Assembly (NCBI RefSeq): GCF_001945605.1
Contig: NZ_MPKA01000052.1
Coordinates: 1 to 32,000, forward strand
DNA length: 32,000 nucleotides
Reading direction: 5' to 3'
Source: Dubosiella newyorkensis
GTDB lineage: Bacteria; Bacillota_I; Bacilli_A; Erysipelotrichales; Erysipelotrichaceae
Part shown: positions 22,813-30,696 of the stretch, piece by piece
Numbering within the stretch: position 1 is the first letter of the stretch
How the letters are laid out: each line of letters starts with the position of its first letter
The notes under the pieces: model-generated
Databases searched by the model: none
Seen by the model: the letters and a program-made list of their open reading frames with translations, nothing else
What the model was told of the DNA's origin: nothing
Program-made: the position numbers and the translations under genes

Positions 22813-25290
22813 TTATTTAAGATGAGAGAGCGCGATCGCGTTGACTCCCATCACTTTCCCTTCTAATTCTCTTGCGGAGATCCGATTGGCGCCACTTGCC
22901 AAGATCGAATTCTGGATCAGCCCATCCGAAGTCGCCACACTGATCGAATAATGACTCTTTAGATCATGGACTAGACGTTCAATATAAGAATCCGCATTTT
23001 CTCCATATCTCGTATAGATGATCTTCGTTTTATGACGCGTTTCGTTGCGTCCCTCCCCTTGTTTGCGACGATACGCATCAAAGACAAGATAGACATCGAT
23101 ATCCTTATATCCTTGATAATTGACGATTTGGTCGATCAAACGCTCCCTAGCGGCGTTATAATCCGCTTTAGCAAGATCTTTCAGCGAATTCCAGCTATAG
23201 ATCATATTATAGCCATCGATCACGAGAAGCTCTGGCTTTTTAGGCTGGATCTTGATTTCTTCATGATCCAGTTCTTGCTTGACTTTTGGTTTTTTCGCCT
23301 TTGGTTTCTCTTTCTTTTTTGAAAGCGTTCTTTCAAATGCGCGCTTCGCTTCCTCATCCGATACGTGATAACGCACTCTTTCATAAGAATGGCTCGACTC
23401 TGTATCGAGAGGATGAAGATGCATTTTTTCTTCGACCTCGTCGTAAGGAACATAATACCCGGCCCCTTGTTTGCAGAAAATCGAGCCAGTCGGATGCTTG
23501 AGATCCGCCTCAGGATCGTATTGGATCGTTTTCACGATCGATTCTGTATCTTGGCTTGGCGCATAAACGCTCTTGATGAACGCGATCTTTCCTCTTCCTT
23601 TGCTCAGGGCGGAAAGCTCCGATTGAAAGTTCATCAACAAACGAATGGCGCCGCTCCCTTGGATCGTGCTCATATCTTCTTCTGTCTCTAAGATCTCGAA
23701 GCTCGCATTTCTTTGTTCCAATTCATAGAGCACCTTAGAAAGGCTTTGAGATGGAACCTCGATCTTAAATGTGTAATAAGGTTCTAATAAGATCGATTTC
23801 CCTTTGCGCAAAGCTTGACGCACGGCGCGATGGGCGGCTTGACGAAAGTCGGCAGCCGACGTATGTTTCAAATTCCCTTGTCCTGCGATCAATGTGATCT
23901 GCACGTCCGTTAATTCCGATCCCGTCAACACCCCATATTGTCTTTGGTTCAAAGCGTTCATGATTTGTTGTTGCCAGCCTAAAGACAACGATTCGATGCG
24001 GTTTCCATTGCAGACAACGACGCCTGATCCTGCTGGCAAAGGATCAAGGAGAACATGCACTTCCGCATAATGACGGAGAGGTTCAAAATGTCCCACTCCA
24101 TATTCTTGTTTCCCGATCGTCTCTTTATAAACGACGCTTCCTTGCGAAAAACCGATCAAGATGCCTGTTTTTTCTAAGATCATCTTTTGCAGGACCTCTT
24201 TTTGAACATCGCCCCGCAATCGGAGGGTGATCTTTTTGCTCCTTTCATGATAGTCAAGCTGCAAGCTCGGATCTTCTTTTGCTAATTGCTGGCAATAAGG
24301 CCAGAGCTGCAAAGCATCGACTTCTTCAGGTAATAGCAGCTCATACGTCAAAAAGGAGGCCAGCAGACGTTCTTGTTGGGCTGTTTCATAACCGAGGCCA
24401 TCTCCGACTTTCCAATCGGTATCGGCTTTGAGGGCGACAATATCTCCCGCATTCGCTTCTTGTAGAAGCGTATACTTTTGTCCATTGAAGCTGCGGATCT
24501 GATCGATCTTGATTTCATTGACGATCTCTTTGGCTTTCAGCGTTCCGCCCGTGATCTTGGCTAGAGCGCTTCCATCTTCTTGGATCTTGAAAATACGGGC
24601 TCCAAATTCTTGGGAAAATTCTTTTTGCCCAACGAGGGCGCAAAGAGAGTCGAGCAGCGGATCGACGCCTTCATTTTTCAGGGCGCTCCCAAAAAAGGTC
24701 GGAAAAAAGCGTCGAGTCAAAAAGAGTCTTTGAATCGTTTCCGAGGACAAAGAGCCTTGTTGGAGGTATTCTTCGAGCGCTTTGTCCTCGCACATCGCGA
24801 TCATTTCTTCCCGATCCTTGTCGGCTTGATCGATACTGTTGGGATCGAGCTTGCTTACGACTTCCTCTAAGATCTCTTCTTTGTTTCGATAAGCGATATC
24901 CATCTTATTGACGAAGATCAATGTGGGGATCTCATATTCTTTCAAGCATTTCCAGATCGTTTCCGTATGCGATTGGATACCGTCCTGGGCGCTGATCAAA
25001 ACGATGGCGACATCAAGCACGCTAAGGACTTGTTCCATTGAGGCTGAAAAATCGACATGTCCTGGTGTATCGATCACGAAGATTTCATGATCTTTCCACT
25101 TGAATTTGGCTTGTTTCGCAAAGATCGTGATCCCTCTTTCCCTTTCTTGTGGATCATAGTCGAGGAAAGCGTCTTGATGGTCGACTCTTCCTTGTTTTTT
25201 GATTTGATGGCTTTCGTAGAGCATGCTTTCGATCAGTGTCGTTTTGCCTGCATCGACATGGGCCAATATTCCTAGTGTAATCTTTTCCAT
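22813..25290 (-). CDS. TetM/EF-G-like translational GTPase fused to a C-terminal Rae1/YacP-type NYN ribonuclease domain
   Basis: G1 is AHVDAGKTT, G3 is DTPGH and G4 is NKMD. The sequence is colinear with ribosomal-protection-type GTPases through domains IV-V (SAADFR...LLEPYYTFKIEVP). A Lys-rich linker KKKEKPKAKKPKVKQ follows, then the NYN domain, all in one uninterrupted frame. Confidence 0.85.
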   Translation of the reverse strand: MEKITLGILAHVDAGKTTLIESMLYESHQIKKQGRVDHQDAFLDYDPQERERGITIFAKQAKFKWKDHEIFVIDTPGHVDFSASMEQVLSVLDVAIVLISAQDGIQSHTETIWKCLKEYEIPTLIFVNKMDIAYRNKEEILEEVVSKLDPNSIDQADKDREEMIAMCEDKALEEYLQQGSLSSETIQRLFLTRRFFPTFFGSALKNEGVDPLLDSLCALVGQKEFSQEFGARIFKIQEDGSALAKITGGTLKAKEIVNEIKIDQIRSFNGQKYTLLQEANAGDIVALKADTDWKVGDGLGYETAQQERLLASFLTYELLLPEEVDALQLWPYCQQLAKEDPSLQLDYHERSKKITLRLRGDVQKEVLQKMILEKTGILIGFSQGSVVYKETIGKQEYGVGHFEPLRHYAEVHVLLDPLPAGSGVVVCNGNRIESLSLGWQQQIMNALNQRQYGVLTGSELTDVQITLIAGQGNLKHTSAADFRQAAHRAVRQALRKGKSILLEPYYTFKIEVPSQSLSKVLYELEQRNASFEILETEEDMSTIQGSGAIRLLMNFQSELSALSKGRGKIAFIKSVYAPSQDTESIVKTIQYDPEADLKHPTGSIFCKQGAGYYVPYDEVEEKMHLHPLDTESSHSYERVRYHVSDEEAKRAFERTLSKKKEKPKAKKPKVKQELDHEEIKIQPKKPELLVIDGYNMIYSWNSLKDLAKADYNAARERLIDQIVNYQGYKDIDVYLVFDAYRRKQGEGRNETRHKTKIIYTRYGENADSYIERLVHDLKSHYSISVATSDGLIQNSILASGANRISARELEGKVMGVNAIALSHLK
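22816..23229 (-). other. NYN (YacP/Rae1-like) nuclease domain, the last 138 aa of the fusion
   Basis: LLVIDGYNMIYSW...YLVFDAYRRK...IIYTRYGENADSYIERL...ISVATSDGLIQ...RISARELEGKV parallels B. subtilis YacP (LLVDGYNMIGAW...VVFDAH...VIFTKENETADERIEKL...VATSD...SARELL). The acidic residues of the PIN-like site are retained. Confidence 0.8.
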
Positions 25291-25310
25291 TTCTTTACCT
25301 TACCATAGAT

Positions 25311-25342
25311 ATAAAAAAACAGAAGCGGAGAATCACGCTTCT
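25311..25342 (-). terminator. Rho-independent terminator after the 25333-25872 gene
   Basis: The minus strand reads AGAAGCG-tgattctc-CGCTTCT followed by GTTTTTTTA. The stem includes the TGA stop. It lies only about 20 nt upstream of the RBS of the GTPase-NYN gene. Confidence 0.6.
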
Positions 25343-25872
25343 GGATAATGTTCAATTAACGCGATGGCGGTATCCAGCATTTTTTCAGGTACGTCGTTTT
25401 CTTCTAAGAGTTCATAACACATACTCATAAGATTGCGATACTTAGGATCTTGGGAAACTTTCACTAGATCCGGATTGGATACGAGAGAACGAAGCTTCTC
25501 GCGTTTTTGAAAATAAGAGGCTTCCGCTTCAATGTGGGAAATGAGTTCCTGCAAAGTCCATTCCAGATTGGTAGGCGTTGTTACAGCTTTGTGACGCACA
25601 AAGATGCCTTCTTCTTTTAAAGCGTTGTCGATCTTGGTGATCGTGTCGACTTTTTCATCGTAGAAATACATGAAAATTTGCGAATTTCCTTCTAAATCGA
25701 GCGCGTGTTCTTCTTTTTGAACGAGATCTTTGAGCTTTTTGCTCAAATCGTTTTGTCCTAGTTCAATATAGTTGACATGCATCCGATCAAGAACGGTGTT
25801 GATCTTTTCTTTTAACGCTGTATCTTTTCCATAATATATAAGTACCATTTGCTCGGTTCCTTTCTTTGACAT
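25333..25872 (-). CDS. Hypothetical cytoplasmic protein, possibly DUF3783-like at the N-terminus
   Basis: It is 179 aa with no signal peptide. An RBS AAGGAA lies 9 nt upstream. The N-terminal VLIYYGKDTALKEKINTVLDRMHVNYIEL resembles the DUF3783 pattern, but that recollection is weak. Confidence 0.5.
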   Translation of the reverse strand: MSKKGTEQMVLIYYGKDTALKEKINTVLDRMHVNYIELGQNDLSKKLKDLVQKEEHALDLEGNSQIFMYFYDEKVDTITKIDNALKEEGIFVRHKAVTTPTNLEWTLQELISHIEAEASYFQKREKLRSLVSNPDLVKVSQDPKYRNLMSMCYELLEENDVPEKMLDTAIALIEHYPEA

Positions 25873-25913
25873 CTGCCTATATTCCTTTTACAATGGCAAA
25901 AAAGGAGATTGCC

Positions 25914-26630
25914 ATGAAAAAGATTTCTGCTCTAATAGTATCATTGTTTCTGATTCTTGGGCTAACTGCTTGCTCAAAGAATGAAGACAAAAATGCTTCG
26001 ATACAATTTTTCAATGCGCTGCACAATACGATGGAGGAAAAAAGCGGACGGATCGCGGGCTCGATCTTGATGGATAGCGATGAGCCTTCTGAAATCACGC
26101 TCGATCTATATTACGATCAAACAAACGATCTTAAGCTCGCGATCACGACTGGACTGGAAGCGAATGGAAATACTCAACCCAACTTCTTAGATTTTTATAT
26201 CAAAGATGGCAAAACATATTTGAATTCGCTTGGCACGAAGACGAGCAGTTCGGTGGAAAAGATCGGATTGGCCAAAGATTCTAAGCTCGGAAGTATGGAT
26301 CCATTTCTAGATCTGAACGATACGCAAAAGAAAGAATGGCTGACGAACGCCAAAGTCGAAGGCGATACATATTCCTTCGATATCGATAAGACCCTTCTTT
26401 CGAATATGCTCGACTCCTATGGATCAGTATCGATCGAGCGCGCAAAGCTGAAAGCGAAGATCCAGGACGATCGGATCGATTCGCTGAGCATGGATATCAA
26501 GGCAAAACAGTCGATCAACAAACATCAAATCGATACATCGATCAAAGTCGAACTTCAAGCAAGCGAGTATGGCCAATTAAAAGAGGTTCCTTTCCCTACT
26601 GACCTAAATACATATAAAAACGAGGGTTGA
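25914..26630 (+). CDS. Lipoprotein of unknown function
   Basis: The start is placed at the internal ATG at 25914, which has an AAAGGAG RBS 6 nt upstream. MKKISALIVSLFLILGLTAC contains the lipobox L-T-A-C. The longer tracked ORF (25866) would overlap the divergent gene. Confidence 0.75.
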   Translation: MKKISALIVSLFLILGLTACSKNEDKNASIQFFNALHNTMEEKSGRIAGSILMDSDEPSEITLDLYYDQTNDLKLAITTGLEANGNTQPNFLDFYIKDGKTYLNSLGTKTSSSVEKIGLAKDSKLGSMDPFLDLNDTQKKEWLTNAKVEGDTYSFDIDKTLLSNMLDSYGSVSIERAKLKAKIQDDRIDSLSMDIKAKQSINKHQIDTSIKVELQASEYGQLKEVPFPTDLNTYKNEG

Positions 26631-26647
26631 TATTCCCTCGTTTTTTT
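26616..26647. terminator. Bidirectional rho-independent terminator shared by convergent genes
   Basis: The hairpin AAAAACGAGGG-ttgatatt-CCCTCGTTTTT has an A-tract on one side and a T-tract on the other. It overlaps both stop codons (26628-30 on the plus strand, 26646-48 on the minus strand). Confidence 0.8.
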
Positions 26648-27293
26648 AAGCGATATGAACGGCTTTCAATACATTGAATCCTGCGTCGTTCAACGCGTTG
26701 CGCATTTCATCGATATCTTGCGCGTCGCTGCGAATGACCATTCTTGCAATCCCATCTTTGGATTCATAGACTCCAATATTATAAATATTGATACGGTGAT
26801 TGGCGAAGATATTCGCGATCTTCTCGAGCATCCCAATTTCGTCTTTGGCTTCGAGCGTGATCCGCGATCCTTCTTTTTCCCATCCCAATACGTTGAGGAA
26901 GCTTTTGAAAATATCATTCTGGGTCAAGATGCCGACTACTTTTTTATTGGCATCGATCACTGGCAAGCATCCAATGTCGTTTTGAAGCATCTTTTGAGCG
27001 GCTTCTTCCATGAGCTGATCTTCTTCGATCGAGATCACATTTTTGATCATCAGCGTGCTGACTTGTGTCTTGGACAACAAGTAATTGAGTTCATAGATCG
27101 AAAGCGACGTCGCCGAATTATCCGCGCCCGCGATCATTCCTTCTGTAATGATACCAACGAGCTTGTGGTTTGCATCTACGACTGGAAGCCGATGAATATT
27201 CTTCGACTTCATCGCATCGATGATATAAGAAATCTTATCATCTGGCGCGCAAGTTATGACATCTTTGGTCATAAAATCTTTAACTTGAAACAT
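26646..27293 (-). CDS. CBS-pair plus ACT domain protein (AcuB-like)
   Basis: There are two CBS motifs (IHRLPVVDANHKLVGIITE and IGCLPVIDANKKVVGILTQ). An ACT-like C-terminus follows (RITLEAKDEIGMLEKIANIFANHRINIYNIGVY...ARMVIR). Only a 1-nt gap separates it from livF. Confidence 0.8.
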   Translation of the reverse strand: MFQVKDFMTKDVITCAPDDKISYIIDAMKSKNIHRLPVVDANHKLVGIITEGMIAGADNSATSLSIYELNYLLSKTQVSTLMIKNVISIEEDQLMEEAAQKMLQNDIGCLPVIDANKKVVGILTQNDIFKSFLNVLGWEKEGSRITLEAKDEIGMLEKIANIFANHRINIYNIGVYESKDGIARMVIRSDAQDIDEMRNALNDAGFNVLKAVHIA

Positions 27294-27294
27294 T

Positions 27295-28005
27295 CTATCC
27301 TCCTAAATATGCTTTTTGAATATCTTCTGATTCGATCAGATCTTTTCCAGTACCGCTCAAAACGACATTTCCGGTTTCTAAAACATAGGCATAGTCGGCA
27401 ATTGACAAAGCCATTTTGGCGTTTTGTTCGACAAGCAAGATCGTAGTTCCCGTTTTATTGATTTCTTGGATGATCGAAAATATTTCTTTGACTAAAATTG
27501 GCGCCAATCCCATGCTCGGCTCGTCTAGCAGAAGCAATTTAGGGCGCGCCATAAGAGCACGGCCCATCGCGAGCATCTGCTGTTCTCCGCCTGAAAGAGT
27601 CGAGGCGTCTTGGTTCTTTCTTTGTTCTAGGATCGGAAACTGCTGATAGACTTTTTGAAGATCTTCCTGGATCTCTTTTTTATCTTTCCTTAAATAGGCG
27701 CCTAAAATTAAATTTTCATACACGCTCATTCCCGCAAAGATACGTCTTCCTTCTGGAACTTGCGTCAGTCCATCAGCTACGATTTTTTGAGGCGACTCCT
27801 TATAAATATCTTTTCCGATAAAGTGAACGTCGCCGCTGCTTTTTTTAACGATTCCGCTGATCGACTGTAAAAGAGTTGTTTTCCCTGCCCCGTTCGCTCC
27901 GATCAAAGAGACGATCTGGCCTTCTTCAACTTGGAGAGAAACCCCTTTTAGGGCTTCGATCATCCCGTAATGAACATGCAGGTCTTTTACTTCAAGCATC
28001 GCCAT
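27295..28005 (-). CDS. livF: Branched-chain amino-acid ABC transporter, ATP-binding protein LivF
   Basis: Walker A is GANGAGKTT, the signature is LSGGEQQMLAMGRAL, and the C-terminal end is AYLGG. It is colinear with E. coli LivF. Confidence 0.85.
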   Translation of the reverse strand: MAMLEVKDLHVHYGMIEALKGVSLQVEEGQIVSLIGANGAGKTTLLQSISGIVKKSSGDVHFIGKDIYKESPQKIVADGLTQVPEGRRIFAGMSVYENLILGAYLRKDKKEIQEDLQKVYQQFPILEQRKNQDASTLSGGEQQMLAMGRALMARPKLLLLDEPSMGLAPILVKEIFSIIQEINKTGTTILLVEQNAKMALSIADYAYVLETGNVVLSGTGKDLIESEDIQKAYLGG

Positions 28006-28006
28006 A

Positions 28007-28786
28007 TTAGATCTCCTCTCCTAAGTACGCTTTAATGACGAACTCATTGTTTTTGATCTCTTCCGGATTCCCGTTCGCGATCATCTTTCCATAATCCAGC
28101 ACATAGATCCGTTCGCAAATATTCATGACAAGCGACATATCATGTTCGATCAAGATGATCGTTAAGTGGTATTTTTCACGAATTTCGTGGATCAGCTTTG
28201 TTAGATCGGCTGTTTCTTGCGGATTCATTCCTGCGGCAGGTTCATCTAAGTATAAGATCTTTGGCTGGATAGCGAGAGCTCGGGCGATCTCTAAGCGTCT
28301 TTGTTCTCCATAAGGAAGGTTGGTCGCCAATTCATTCCTCTTTTGATAGAGGCCAACATCTTTTAAATATTCGATCGCTTTCTCTTTGATCCAGCGCTCT
28401 TCGGAATAAAACTTAGGCAAACGAAGGATCGCGCTCATCGTTCCATATTGAATGTTTCTTTGCATCGCGACTTCGACATTTTCTAGAACCGTCATCGATT
28501 TGAATAGTCGAATATTTTGAAATGTACGCGCCACGCCAAGGTTGGTGATCTTATATGGCTTCATGCCTCCGATTTGTTTTGGCTTTCCATCGACTTGCAT
28601 TTCGATCAAGCCTTCGCTTGGTTCATAAACACCAGTCAATAAGTTGAACAAGGTTGTCTTGCCCGCCCCGTTTGGTCCGATCAAGCCGATGAGTTCTCCT
28701 GGCATGATCTGCATGGAGACATTCGAAACGGCCGCAAGCCCTCCAAAGTTTCTCGTGAGGTTTTTGACTTCAAGAATAGGTTCCAT
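28007..28786 (-). CDS. livG: Branched-chain amino-acid ABC transporter, ATP-binding protein LivG
   Basis: FGGLAAVSNVS, GPNGAGKTT, VARTFQNIRLF, YGEQRRLEIARAL, LIEHDMSLVM and the ending AYLGEE are all LivG hallmarks. Confidence 0.85.
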   Translation of the reverse strand: MEPILEVKNLTRNFGGLAAVSNVSMQIMPGELIGLIGPNGAGKTTLFNLLTGVYEPSEGLIEMQVDGKPKQIGGMKPYKITNLGVARTFQNIRLFKSMTVLENVEVAMQRNIQYGTMSAILRLPKFYSEERWIKEKAIEYLKDVGLYQKRNELATNLPYGEQRRLEIARALAIQPKILYLDEPAAGMNPQETADLTKLIHEIREKYHLTIILIEHDMSLVMNICERIYVLDYGKMIANGNPEEIKNNEFVIKAYLGEEI

Positions 28787-29748
28787 CAGTTTGCCTCCTT
28801 CTTCGCTTTTGCTTTATCAACGATCTTGGACAACGAGATTTCTCGATCGCCAAACAAACCTTGCGGTTTGAAGATCATCATGATCACTAAGATCGCCCCA
28901 TAGATGATCATACGAGCATCTGTGAAGTTTTGTAGCACCATATTCAATAGACCGATCGCGATCGCTGCAAGCACGGAGCTTGTCATGCTTCCCATACCGC
29001 CGAATACGACCATGACGAGGATGTCGATCGATTTATTGAAAGTAAACTGGGTCGGTTTGATCACATAGAAATTGCATGCGAACAAAGCGCCAGCTGCAGA
29101 GGCGAGAAGGGCGCCGATCACAAAGGCGATGACTTTATATTTTGTGGTGTTGATCCCCATCGCTTCCGCGGCGATCTCATCTTCTCGAACAGCGATACAA
29201 GCTCTTCCTGGAGCGGAACGCGTAAAATTGGAGCAGATGACGATCGTTAAAACAACGCCAAGCATCAAAAGAGGCCATGTCGTCAAAGCGGGGATCCCAC
29301 TCAGTCCAGCCGCACCATTCGTGATCTTCATATTTTGTACGAGGATACGGATGATTTCGGAAAATCCTAAAGTCGCGATCGCTAGATAATCGCCTTTTAA
29401 TCGAAGCGTTGGGATCGATACGATCAAAGCGGCGATCGTGGAGATGACAAAACCGACAAGGATCCCTAAGATCAGACCTGCGTAATTTGGCATCATCTTC
29501 GTGATGATTCCAGCGCTATAAGCACCAATACACATAAAGCCGGCATGTCCTAAAGAAAATTGTCCACAGATCCCGATTACAAGGTTTAATGAAACAGCGA
29601 GCATGATGTTGATGCACATGTTGAACAAAGTGATCTTGTAGTAGGAGTTTATGATTCCTGCTGCCATCATGTAAGACAATAAAAGATAGAGGACGACGAT
29701 GATCGCGACCCACATTAAATTGATTTTATTTAAGATCCCTTTAGTCAT
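28786..29748 (-). CDS. livM: Branched-chain amino-acid ABC transporter permease LivM
   Basis: It is a polytopic membrane protein with GQFSLGHAGFMCIGAY and RACIAVREDEIAAEAMGINT, the LivM-family signature blocks. Its stop overlaps the livG start. Confidence 0.8.
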   Translation of the reverse strand: MTKGILNKINLMWVAIIVVLYLLLSYMMAAGIINSYYKITLFNMCINIMLAVSLNLVIGICGQFSLGHAGFMCIGAYSAGIITKMMPNYAGLILGILVGFVISTIAALIVSIPTLRLKGDYLAIATLGFSEIIRILVQNMKITNGAAGLSGIPALTTWPLLMLGVVLTIVICSNFTRSAPGRACIAVREDEIAAEAMGINTTKYKVIAFVIGALLASAAGALFACNFYVIKPTQFTFNKSIDILVMVVFGGMGSMTSSVLAAIAIGLLNMVLQNFTDARMIIYGAILVIMMIFKPQGLFGDREISLSKIVDKAKAKKEAN

Positions 29749-29751
29749 ACG

Positions 29752-30630
29752 CTATACCTTTTCTCTTTCATTTTTTCCAAGCAGTCCAGTTGGCTTTACG
29801 ATCAAGACGATGATCAAGATCGCGTAAACGATCGCGTCTCGATATAACGAGCTTCCATAAGCGATAACCATCGTTTCAGCCATTCCGATAAACAGCCCAC
29901 CGATCATCGCTCCAGGAATGCTTCCGATCCCTCCGAATACGGCTGCGACGAAAGCTTTTAAGCCAGGAACCATTCCCATCAATGGATTGATCGAGTTGTA
30001 GTAGATCCCGACAAGAATACCTGCCGCCCCTGCAAGAGCGGAACCGATCAAAAATGTAAATGAGATCGTATTGTCAACATTGATTCCCATCAATTTAGCG
30101 GCGTTCTCATCTGTGCTTACCGCGCGCATCGCTCGACCCATCTTTGTTTTTTGAATGATGAACTGCAGTAGAAGCATCAAAACGATCGTGATCAGAAAAA
30201 TATAGATTTGTTGGGTAGAAATTTTGATAGGCCCTAATTGAAAAGAGGCATTGGATAGTAGTTGTGGATAGGTCCTCTTTTCGCTTCCCATAAAATATGC
30301 GGTCGTGTATTCGATCACATAAGAAACACCGATCGCGGTGATCAGCGCGGTGATCCTTGGTGAATGTCTTAAAGGACGGTACGCGATCCGTTCGATCAAG
30401 ACGCCTAAAAGTCCACAGACGACCATACAGGTGATCAAGGCTGGAAAAAAGCTAAATCCAAAATAGGTCGTTACGATAAAGGCGGTATAAGCACCGATCA
30501 TGTATACATCGCCATGGGCGAAGTTGATCAGCTTGATGATTCCATAAACCATCGTATAGCCTAGAGCGATCAGCGCGTAAATACTTCCTAATGAGAGGCC
30601 ATTGACGATTTGTTGTAGAAATTGACTCAT
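29752..30630 (-). CDS. livH: Branched-chain amino-acid ABC transporter permease LivH
   Basis: The start is placed at the ATG at 30630 (MSQFLQQIVNGLSLGSIYALIALGYTMVYG), which has an AAGGAGAG RBS 6-7 nt upstream. INFAHGD and RAVSTDENAAKLMGI are LivH blocks. Confidence 0.85.
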   Translation of the reverse strand: MSQFLQQIVNGLSLGSIYALIALGYTMVYGIIKLINFAHGDVYMIGAYTAFIVTTYFGFSFFPALITCMVVCGLLGVLIERIAYRPLRHSPRITALITAIGVSYVIEYTTAYFMGSEKRTYPQLLSNASFQLGPIKISTQQIYIFLITIVLMLLLQFIIQKTKMGRAMRAVSTDENAAKLMGINVDNTISFTFLIGSALAGAAGILVGIYYNSINPLMGMVPGLKAFVAAVFGGIGSIPGAMIGGLFIGMAETMVIAYGSSLYRDAIVYAILIIVLIVKPTGLLGKNEREKV

Positions 30631-30696
30631 TATTTTCTCTCCTTCTAATTTGAAAAAAGGGGAAATCACTTTCCCCTTGAACATTTCTCGGAAGTA

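Noticed and set aside
22813-25290. Calling the 825-aa protein a tetracycline-resistance ribosomal protection protein (Tet(M)/Tet(O)-like).
   Set aside because: The similarity to TetM-class GTPases is real. However, the domain IV loop differs (LKHTS where TetM has YSPVS), the protein carries an extra NYN nuclease domain, and it sits in a housekeeping context without mobile-element hallmarks. Resistance should not be inferred from the fold alone.
26655-27446. The 263-aa plus-strand ORF 26655-27446, and small ORFs 26690-26917 (-) and 26800-26985 (+).
   Set aside because: They are antisense to, or out of frame with, the clear CBS-ACT gene and the 3' end of livF. They cross a gene boundary and have a low-complexity R/I/F/D-rich translation.
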